From NCBI RefSeq assembly GCF_001194135.2, contig NC_068981.1:48838888-48872207 (forward strand): DNA of 33,320 nt, given 5' to 3'. Every line of letters starts with the position of its first letter. Positions within the stretch are counted from its first letter, which is position 1. The stretch comes from Octopus bimaculoides. Lineage: Eukaryota. The notes under the pieces were generated by a model. That model was not told the origin of the DNA. It did not search any database and worked only from the letters and a program-made list of their open reading frames with translations. This document shows, piece by piece, positions 23,613 to 33,320 of the stretch. A program made the position numbers and the translations under genes.

Positions 23613-24950
23613 ATATGCTGATAGGGTCCTGGCTGAATGGTTTAGAAATTCTCTTCGAAACAATGCGGATATGACTTTATTTCCACTTTGTGTCCACGCA
23701 TTCAAATGTCTGTCCATAGCCTCGAATTAACGCGTGTTCTGAGTGCATTTCATTACACTAAAACAGTGATTGACTGCCTCATGCATACATAAGTTTCGCA
23801 ATATGTCTCACGTTGATTGTACTTGAGAATTACCTTTAGGTTACATGTAGCTATATAATATTCAGTCGTTCGTATTCTAATTCAATGAATAGACCTTGCA
23901 GTTCATCGAAACACTCGATGTTCATTGGTCGAAAACGGTTTCTATACATGCGTGTGTCTCTCTATCTTTGTCTCCCTCTTTCTGTCTTTCTCATTTCCTC
24001 TCACTCTCTCTCTCTCTCTCTCTGTCTATATATATATATATATATACACAAACTTACGCACACATATATATGCATTTNNNNNNNNNNNNNNNNNNNNNNN
24101 NNNNNNNNNNNNNNNNNNNNNNNNNNNNNNNNNNNNNNNNNNNNNNNNNNNNNNNNNNNNNNNNNNNNNNNNNNNNNNNNNNNNNNNNNNNNNNNNNNNN
24201 NNNNNNNNNNNNNNNNNNNNNNNNNNNNNNNNNNNNNNNNNNNNNNNNNNNNNNNNNNNNNNNNNNNNNNNNNNTATATATACAGACATACAGATACACA
24301 CACATATTCACGTACACACGGGCAAAGAGAAACGAAGAGAATTAGTGTGATAGAGAGACTTTGGTATATACAGATGTGATTAAATGTACTTTTTGTATTT
24401 TTCTAGGTGGTTAGATATCAATAAATATTTATATATATACATTACCTTTTAGTGTTTAATAATAAAATACCTTCTCCTATTTCTCATTATATGTTTACCA
24501 TCCCATTCGGATGGAAATTTCTAAAATACTATTATGTTTCTCGATGCTTTTATAGCTCAACACATCGTACCTCTTTGTTACTATCCATCTATAACTAATT
24601 TCATCCGACATCTTACTGATATACCTTCAATATTTAGCAGTGTCAATGAGTCCACAATTTTCGTTTTCTATTTATATGTATTAATTTTATTTTAAGTGAA
24701 TGAAAAGAGACATTTCTTTTTTGTGTCCGTGTTGCTTTTTGTAAAAAAAATAATATCTCGCCAATGTAAGTAGAGCTTAATATTATTCCATAACGAAAAA
24801 ATGTACAGTCCGTAGAGAATGTACTGAAATCGATTAAATAATACAGAGAATGGTTTATATTGGGGAAAAATGTAATGGTACTACTGATATTCCACTGGAC
24901 AGCTCTCTCATATATTATGTTTACAATCCACTTTATGGTCCATTTGTATC

Positions 24951-24980
<30 letters not shown>

Positions 24981-24984
<4 letters not shown>

Positions 24985-25169
24985 TAGTTTTATTTTTATA
25001 ACGTGCTTTCACTTCACTACCGAGCGCAGCTCTGTGCGCCTTGGGTATGTGCTGTGGTTTGCTGTGGTGCTCTTATGTTTACTGTATTGAAAGTGTTTTG
25101 CGTAGAATGTGTGCAGTACCCAGTCGTGCAATTTTCTGTATGTTATATATATTTGTAAGTCCTGGTGTT

Positions 25170-25172
<3 letters not shown>
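24981..25172 (-). mobile_element. 5'-truncated R4/Dong-like LINE stub flanked by (TTA)n on both sides
   Basis: Minus strand encodes PGLTNIYNIQKIARLGTAHILRKTLSIQ* (25079-25165), then a ~100-nt 3' UTR running into (AAT)n at 24951-24980. A second (TTA)n tract at 25174-25256 abuts the 5' end. Confidence 0.8.
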
Positions 25173-25238
<66 letters not shown>

Positions 25239-25510
25239 ATTATTATTATTATTATTGTGCTATTGTTTATATTTGTTTCGGTTTGCTGGGTGGTCATTTG
25301 AAAAATTCGTTGAACAACACAAAACGCTCTGCAATATTTAAATTTGCACTTTTACGTTGTGGGTCCAAATCTTGGTTGATTGTTGTACTTCATTCTTCCA
25401 GTATTCGTGAATACAAGGTATAAGTCAATTATTGTGTATTGTATAATCCTCTATAACTCTGCCCGTCAATCTAGGATTTCACGTTTCTATAACATTAGAT
25501 ATTATTTCGA

Positions 25511-25675
25511 TTTTGGACCAATTCTTTGGCAGCATTGTCAGAGATAGGGTAAAATGTCTTTTGCTCTGTTGGATATATTTACGTATGATTTCAAATCCCA
25601 GTAATCATTAACAGCCAAACATTGAGATAATGAGTTTCATATACATTTCCATGGTGTTTGAGGTTTTTTACCCTT
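25511..25675 (+). repeat. Unclassified dispersed repeat, copy 2
   Basis: Aligns with 22912-23080; identical core at 25557-25582; B-box-like gatttcaaatccc. Confidence 0.8.
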
Positions 25676-25734
25676 TTTATAAATTACCTAATTCTTTAAA
25701 ACAATTGTGAAATATGTAGGTTATTCTAAATAAT

Positions 25735-25930
25735 TTCAAATTTTGGCACAAGACCAGGAACATCGGGGAGTATGTAACTTGATTACATTGACCTCAGTAC
25801 TCAACTAGTACTAATTTTATCGAACTCGAGAGGATGAAAAGCAAAGTATTTGAACTTAAAATCCAAGGACTGACGAATTGCTGCAAAGCATTATACCCGG
25901 CGAGCTAACAATTCTGCCAGCTTGCCACCC
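25735..25930 (-). mobile_element. SINE copy
   Basis: ttttggcacaagacc...attgacctcagtactcaactagtactaattttatcga...aggatgaaaagcaaagt...gctaacaattctgccagcttgccacc. Confidence 0.85.
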
Positions 25931-27611
25931 TGATTATTTTACTTATCAAATGCTGAAAGAACTAGTGTGTGCTTTGATAAACAGTGAGTTAAATACCTCT
26001 ATATCTTCAAATATTGCAGAAGCTTTCCAAAGTCATTCTTCGGTGTTGTAGGGAGCCAAAGGAAGGAATGCTTTTAATTTGTTGGTACTTTGTGAGAGTG
26101 TTTACGGAGCAGAAAAGATTGGAACCGGAAGTATGCAAGCTGAAGTGATTCTCGGTCGAAGTACTGAACAGATGTGTTAGCCTGTTCATCGATTGTTCTG
26201 AGCTCAAATCTCCGAGAGAGGTGCTGATCTTGGCAAACTACTCCATTAATTTTAGTGATGCGCACAAGATTTCTTTTTATTATACGTTTAAAAATCTGTT
26301 GACGCTAAGTGATTGTTAACTTGGAGCATTCAAAACCATGCATGTCAAAGAGTGGTGATATTACTGAGAAGCAGCCCAAAACATGAGTATGTGGTATTTC
26401 AGACCCGTAAATCTAGAAGAGGCTGAAACGTATAACATCAAACTACGCTATCTGGCGTCTGTTTCAAAAAGCGGACGGTTTCAACTTCATCTTCAATACA
26501 ACGTCTTATATTCAGGGGCGAAAATATAAGGTTATCTATCGAAGCATGTTATCCACATCATCTCAGTTCTTCATGTCATAATTCTAGAATCTTTGATGTG
26601 AACATTTGAGATTTTGATTTATATTCCACTTGAATTAGGACAGGAGAATTTCGTCTGCATACATAGGCATCACTGTCTTGGTTTCGAGTATTTCAACAAG
26701 CAATGTGGTTGGCATTATTCTAGAGAAATACGAGATAGAAAGAGGACCATTTGGTAATAACGATAAGTTGATTTTCTTGTTTTTTGGGGGTTTTTTAAAC
26801 GTGATGAGCCAAGTCTATGCTTGACTTCGGCTTATATGTTTGGATCATAAATCGAAACAAGTTGCATGCCATAAAGAACGGAGCTGACCTGCAGGTAGGT
26901 AATAAACAGAAATGTCGACGAACATGATGTAATGATTCACTCAAACATCGACCGAGAGATAGATGACCCTGACGTCCGGCGGCAGTGATATACCAACTAC
27001 AGCCACTTGATGGGCAGTACTTGCTCCAGGACAAATCTATCATGTTGGAACGTATACTCTTTGTTTATTCATCGGTTATATGAATGGAGAAACAATAATA
27101 TTTTAAAAAAATGATATATCTCTGAAAAATAAGAGAATCTGATTGATTGAAGACAAGAGGAATTTTGTGGATAATTATCTTCCCTTCTCAATTCGAGTAG
27201 GTACCAATTTCCACAAAACGATTGATCTACGCACTATGTTTACGGAGATGATTTCAATACATCAAAAATTTATCCAGTAAGTCATTTGACATAATCTTAT
27301 TCTATTTCGTTGCTGAAATGTATGCCGCCGCTAACCACCTTAAGTTATTTAAATTATATTCGTAGCTCTTTTTTCTCCATTTTCTGTTTGTATCAAATTT
27401 CTCTTCTACTGAGAGTAATGTAGGACAATTCCTGTGCTTATGAGGCGTAACTGAAACTGAAATAAGTGTTCACAGAAAATCAGACCATTTTTTCTTTCAT
27501 GGCATGTGAATTTTGGAGAAGTACGAGTTCTTGAAGTTATTTCCCATATTCATTTGAGTTGGTACATATTACCATGGAGCGATTTGTTTACATTCTTTAG
27601 AAGTGGACACA

Positions 27612-28497
27612 TAGGGTGGCGCATAAAGGACGGATGTTTTTGAAATCGCAATTACTCAACGCCAGCGAGAGTGACATATTTTCGACAGGTACCATTTGGT
27701 CCACGGTGTGTTGGCATTTTCATTTCTTTTCATGTGAAACCATGGTGCTGTGGAGAGTTACGTGAAGACTAATGAATCTGTCACAGCATTTCAACGTCAG
27801 TTTCGGAGCCACTTCTAGATTCACCGAAATCAGGCGGTTCCCGCCCGTAACAAAATCTTGCGTTGGGTGAATGTACTTCGTACACGAGGTACACTAATGA
27901 ATAGAATACCGGTCGGTGAGCCAAGAAACTCGGAAATGTAGAAAGCGTCAGACAAGCTTTGATACGGAGTTGATAAACAATTTCTTTTTGTCTGAATCCC
28001 GACGAAAACGTAAACATATTTGACGTGTGCAGTTTCAGCAGAATGTGGTGACGACCTACACATCCAGAGAATCAATGGACATTCTTCACCCTGTCTTCGG
28101 TGATCCCCTCATTTCCAGGTTTGCTGATATCCCTTGGTCCCTTCCGTCCCCTGATTTGTCCATGTGTGATTGATTATTTTTTGTGGAGAAAACACAAGGC
28201 ACATGTGTATGCGCATAAGCACCCTACATTGGACGATATGAAGGAAACTATTCGCGTGGAAGTCACCCAAATCAACAGAGCAATGCTGGAGGGAGTGGAG
28301 GTCAACTTCCAAGAACACCTTCAGAAATGCATGAATGAAAACGGAGTTCACATGTTGGATGTTGTTTCCCAAACTTGATTTTGACGAATGCTAATTCAAT
28401 ATAAACACATTGATGTTAATAAAAATTTGTTTGCCGCTAAAATTAATGATTTTGTGAATTTTATCAATAACGTCCGTCCTCTCTGCTCCAACTTCTA
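27612..28497 (+). mobile_element. Internally deleted Tc1/mariner (DUF4817-type) element with TIRs
   Basis: N-terminal AVESYVKTNESVTAFQRQFRSHF.IHRNQAVPARNKILRWVNVLRTRG; C-terminal ...ISRFADIPWSLPSPDL...DYFLW...KAHVYAHKHPTLDDMKETIR...NFQEHLQKCMNENG.HMLDVV. Left ggtggcgcataaaggacggatgtttttga matches the reverse complement of the right end at 23/29 positions, with TA near both ends. Confidence 0.9.
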
Positions 28498-28599
28498 ATT
28501 TGATAATCTCGATCAATCAGGAGTTTACTATAAACTTAACATTTTTATCAATACATGAAACTGGCCACTCTGAGTTATTCCTCCTAACTTATTTTTCTT

Positions 28600-28735
28600 T
28601 CGCACAAACACACACGCAAACATAAACACACACACACACATACATACACACACAACGCACATATACAAGGACACAGATACACAAACACACGCACACACAC
28701 CACACTCACAGACACACCACACACACACTCACGCA
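28600..28735. repeat. Degenerate (CA)n microsatellite
   Basis: Direct reading. Confidence 0.9.
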
Positions 28736-29437
28736 CAAGTGCGACGGTTATAGTCAGCCAATTACTCACACACTGCAGTAGCCAATAATAAATCACTATT
28801 ATCATATACAATTTTCTTGTGTTCATTAATCTCTGCTTTTTATCCTTAATATTCTGAGAATTTATGCCGCTAAGAATTGGTCCGGAAAACATTGGCGGGG
28901 TCACGTGTTCTACATATGCTTAAAAACCATCAGACTATCATTACATAACTTTAGAGGAAAGGATTGTGACCCTGATATTTTGCAGCTCTTCCGAAGCAAA
29001 TTAAAGTTATTCATAATTATTTTCAAATAGTGAAAATGAAGAACGTATTGCATTATATAGTTTCAGATAACCACTAAAAGTGGCAATTGGTCTTACTTGG
29101 TACACATGTGGTTATTAACCTGCTTTGTAACTCTCTGGCCGGGTTTAAACCATTGCAATGTAATGCCTTTGAATTATTTCCTGCATTTTATTAAAATGTC
29201 ATATGTAATGCTCTCAATCTTTTCGACGATCTGATATTATACTCCTCTTAACAATATTCATTAAATGCTCACTTAATCTTCAAATAACAACATTGAGGCG
29301 TTGAAACTTCAAAAGAGATATAGCCGTTTATCTTTTCAAGTGAACCTTGATGAAACGACAGATAACTGTGATCTGTCAACTGTGTAAGCAAATGAATGAC
29401 ACTCAGTAATACACAAGTATAATGTCTCCATATATAG

Positions 29438-29478
<41 letters not shown>

Positions 29479-29545
29479 CATTTATCCATCTGCCTATTTA
29501 TCTATTTATCTATGTGCATATCCATTTATCCATCTGTCTATTTAT
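29438..29545. repeat. (TATC)n tetranucleotide microsatellite
   Basis: Direct reading. Confidence 0.95.
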
Positions 29546-31174
29546 TTATCTATCTATCTATCTATCGTTTATTTGTACCGTTCTAGTCACCTGGTATTCT
29601 AGAGCTTCAATAGCGTATAGACGTTTCTTTAAATTGACGCTATGCAATCAGAAACGTCGGTTCAGTTTGATCTTGTAAAATTGGGAGAAGAAAACAAAAA
29701 GAAAAATGTATATAGGACAAATAGGAATTTTTGGACATATAACATATAATTCTGCTTCAGAATCAAACTATTTCTGGCAATCAAGTGCCGAGGTGATATA
29801 AGAAAGTATTAAAAGAACAATACAAGAAAGCTGAATGTCTTGAATAAATAGAAACCATTTACAGTCAACAAAACCCACCACATCCTATATAGATACGGAT
29901 ACAGATACACAGAGCACATATTTACACATTCGTGGATACAGGCAGATACACAAGAGAGATAGAGGGAGGCAACTGTTGCTTGGGTAAATAGAGGAAGACA
30001 TACGAGCACATGCATGCATATACCTACTCAAGAAAATTATGATAACTGCAATTCCATGTGTTCATCGGTTTGTTCGTATATTAGGGGTAATTATGGTATT
30101 TATCAAATACCTTTTGCGAAAAGGTTGTAATTAAATTTACATTGGTAGCTTTAATAAATATTCATTTAGGTTGAATATGCAAATACAACTTCTAGAACAA
30201 AAAATTTCCATCTGCAAAAGAAGCTGCAGAACAAAATGACAGTTTATTAAGAGCATGCAACTTAAACGATTTTTAACTTTAGTGCCTAAGACTCTCCGCA
30301 TTTCTCATAAGAGGCAATAAACTTCAGTTTCTTTCCTCTTAAAAAAATATTTCCCCATCTCCCTCAACCTGTCTGGTTCTTTCTCTTTCTCTCTCTCTCT
30401 TTTCCTCTCTCATTCTCTGCTGAACCGATGAGATAGCCATCAATATAATGTATGCTTGTTGAGTTTATGTAAATTAAATCTTATCCACAAATACGTAGGC
30501 GCCTATTTATAACCGATACCCGTGCTCCCGCCTACATTCTGATTTTGTTACCTACTATCCAGGTGTACGACATTTTCACTAGTTCATATCCATCTATAGT
30601 GAAATATGACAGCTGATCCCTGAATGTGCACCAGTCGCGCGAATAAATCCACCCATAGACACAAGCAGGTACTTACGTCCCAGAACACTCTGGTTGTCTT
30701 ATGACTATCCTCACTATACAATGATTTCTGATTCTTAAATATTTTGACAATACTGCATAAATTAATTTCCAATAACATTACAATTGAGTATTTTGAGTTT
30801 GCATCCGACGCTGAGACACGCACACAGTTGAAGACACTCGCACTCAAATATGCACACATACTTGCACAAACCTTTCAAGGCTTCAGTAGATTACTACCAT
30901 GCATTATATGATCTAATACAGTCGACTTACTTACCTCACTATAATATAATAACTCTAGAACACTACCATATATATGTCAGATGAAGAATTCTCTACCTAG
31001 AATTTACGGTGTCATCAACAACTAATGGCGTCATATAACTCTTAAATTACCATCTTGGTAATGTCTAAACATGAGTACACTTGGAATATGGACGGCAATA
31101 GTAGGCGCCTTTCATAACACTTTCATAAATTTGATACATAATATCGGTTCAGCTATGTAGTTGTTACTTTTCAG

Positions 31175-31243
31175 AAGTCAATACTAGCGGAAACATTGAA
31201 TTGTCTGTAGATTCGACTACAGGACGTGGAAACCCTCTAACAG
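31175..31243 (+). CDS. Candidate internal coding exon, 69 nt, symmetric phase 1-1, unknown protein
   Basis: Acceptor gttgttacttttcag| and donor ACAG|gtaaat. Length is a multiple of 3 and the frame is open: (E)VNTSGNIELSVDSTTGRGNPLT(x). No family recognised. Confidence 0.45.
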
Positions 31244-31325
31244 GTAAATGGTCCCGCTTCAATATATTAGATAGGGCATATTAAGAATATATTAGATGCG
31301 AACACGTTATAAATTTGCGTGTATG

Positions 31326-31326
31326 A

Positions 31327-31381
<55 letters not shown>

Positions 31382-31418
31382 ACTATCGCTCTGTCTGTCT
31401 GTCTGTCTGTCTGTCTGC
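31326..31418. repeat. Compound (CTAT)n(CTGT)n microsatellite
   Basis: Direct reading. Confidence 0.95.
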
Positions 31419-31958
31419 CTGTGCATATTATGTGCATATAGGTTCATATATGCCTATTTACACATACGGCAACTTAATGAATAAATCAAGGAAGCGTATC
31501 TTTCTCGTAGATGTATTTAGATATGCATATAAATATGCACACTCATATGTACGTAATAATTGACGACCGGCTATGCTCTTGAATACATCTTTTTTTAAAG
31601 CAGCGGTTGCATCTTGCAGCTTATACAATGTTCAAGCACACACGTGCGCAAACACATGTCTGTAGACAAATACAATACCCATACATAATCTAACACATAT
31701 GTTTAACCATAGTTATACATATAAATCCAGTGAATTCTAAATCAAGCTGAGTAAAATGTTTCTGCCATTTACACATACAACTCAACAATAAAACAACAGA
31801 GAAATATTTCAGCACAATATGGATTCTTCCTGTGAAGATTTTATATCATAATGGACAAAGAGACACACCCAACACGTATTTGCATGCCAACGATGGAAAA
31901 AAAAAACACATCGTGTAATTTCTCTAACCTTCTCTTTCTCTCTCGTGTATATATATGT

Positions 31959-32747
31959 NNNNNNNNNNNNNNNNNNNNNNNNNNNNNNNNNNNNNNNNNN
32001 NNNNNNNNNNNNNNNNNNNNNNNNNNNNNNNNNNNNNNNNNNNNNNNNNNNNNNNNNNNNNNNNNNNNNNNNNNNNNNNNNNNNNNNNNNNNNNNNNNNN
32101 NNNNNNNNNNNNNNNNNNNNNNNNNNNNNNNNNNNNNNNNNNNNNNNNNNNNNNNNNNNNNNNNNNNNNNNNNNNNNNNNNNNNNNNNNNNNNNNNNNNN
32201 NNNNNNNNNNNNNNNNNNNNNNNNNNNNNNNNNNNNNNNNNNNNNNNNNNNNNNNNNNNNNNNNNNNNNNNNNNNNNNNNNNNNNNNNNNNNNNNNNNNN
32301 NNNNNNNNNNNNNNNNNNNNNNNNNNNNNNNNNNNNNNNNNNNNNNNNNNNNNNNNNNNNNNNNNNNNNNNNNNNNNNNNNNNNNNNNNNNNNNNNNNNN
32401 NNNNNNNNNNNNNNNNNNNNNNNNNNNNNNNNNNNNNNNNNNNNNNNNNNNNNNNNNNNNNNNNNNNNNNNNNNNNNNNNNNNNNNNNNNNNNNNNNNNN
32501 NNNNNNNNNNNNNNNNNNNNNNNNNNNNNNNNNNNNNNNNNNNNNNNNNNNNNNNNNNNNNNNNNNNNNNNNNNNNNNNNNNNNNNNNNNNNNNNNNNNN
32601 NNNNNNNNNNNNNNNNNNNNNNNNNNNNNNNNNNNNNNNNNNNNNNNNNNNNNNNNNNNNNNNNNNNNNNNNNNNNNNNNNNNNNNNNNNNNNNNNNNNN
32701 NNNNNNNNNNNNNNNNNNNNNNNNNNNNNNNNNNNNNNNNNNNNNNN
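31959..32747. other. Largest assembly gap (others: 5424-5503, 16919-16962, 19039-19070, 19913-19922, 20329-20656, 22015-22216, 24078-24274)
   Basis: Runs of N, most abutting (TA)n or (TG)n, typical of short-read scaffolding through microsatellites. Confidence 0.99.
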
Positions 32748-32785
<38 letters not shown>

Positions 32786-33320
32786 CGTGTAAATATATAA
32801 AAACAAAAAGATAAAGACAGCAAAGGTAAGGTTGGGGGAGTATTTTATGGATACAGCCTTACAGCTGTTTCTGGGAAGATCCAGTACTTCCCTTCATCGG
32901 AGACAGAAAAAATAAAGTAATCTATTATTATATCCATAGGCGAATATTTTTAGTATGAAGTAGTAAAGAGTGTGATGTGCTGAAAAAAGAGAGAACAGTA
33001 CTTGAAGTGTAGTTTCATTCCAGTGGTAAATATCCGTGTAGAAATCCGTGCAAAGTAATCCTTGTGTGGATAATCCGGAAATTTATGTTGGAGCGAAAGT
33101 TGATATAGCATAGATAGCAGAGGTACATATATTCCATATTGCAATGGATTTTTGCTTGTTTACTTGTGTTTTTATATATTTACATATACACACGCTTATA
33201 ATACCCAATCCTGTTCATACAACGACTGGGGCAAACTAGTCGGTATACTGCACTTACTCGGTATTACCTGTATCCTCCTGGGTTTGGTTAAATCCAATAC
33301 CTTCCTCAACCTTATATATA

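Noticed and set aside
26810-26900. Frame ending ...LHAIKNGADLQ with CAG|gtaggt donor, vaguely ankyrin-like
   Set aside because: No convincing upstream acceptor and no TPLH/ankyrin consensus.
28750-28910. Cluster of CCAAT, GGCGGG and GTCACGTG motifs
   Set aside because: Short motifs are expected by chance and there is no adjacent exon or TSS evidence.
30563-30668. Apparent + exon (tatccag|...CAG|gtactt) and overlapping minus donors near 30677 and 30935
   Set aside because: The + candidate has stops in all three frames; the minus candidates are tiny, unrecognisable and conflict in strand.
31841-32823. Long 280-320 aa ORFs, and similar ones at 20248-20804, 22008-22307 and 23885-24379
   Set aside because: They consist of N-gap X residues plus (TA)n/(CA)n translations; assembly artefacts.
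32890-33080. Minus frame ...YHWNETTLQVLFSLFSAHHTLYYFILKIFAYG..., resembling an ion-channel LKIxAYG motif
   Set aside because: It lacks the conserved Glu and flanking helix pattern, ends in a stop with no usable donor, and is too short to call.

Overview
This is an AT-rich, repeat-dense eukaryotic genomic window with 8 N-gaps, most of them next to (TA)n or (CA/TG)n microsatellites. The tRNA-derived SINE families and the microsatellite landscape resemble octopus (cephalopod) DNA; that is an inference from remembered repeat consensus, not a database hit. I found no complete, recognisable protein-coding gene. The long ORFs in the track are N-gap or low-complexity artefacts, or pieces of dead transposons. 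Degenerate elements I can identify by protein motif: a CR1/L2-type LINE tail, an RTE LINE, a Gypsy pol with a candidate LTR, an R4/Dong-like LINE (one long fragment and a 3' stub inside a TAA tract), a Tx1/L1 LINE, a Tigger/pogo transposase, two Tc1/mariner elements with paired TIRs, and about 12 SINE copies. Structure not explained by these: a near-perfect 74-bp-arm hairpin (4133-4287), a ~500-bp foldback/MITE-like element (4875-5373), an unclassified ~170-bp repeat present twice, and a few small candidate exons (best: 31175-31243, + strand) hinting that the window may be largely intronic. I see no convincing evidence of a new multi-gene system.
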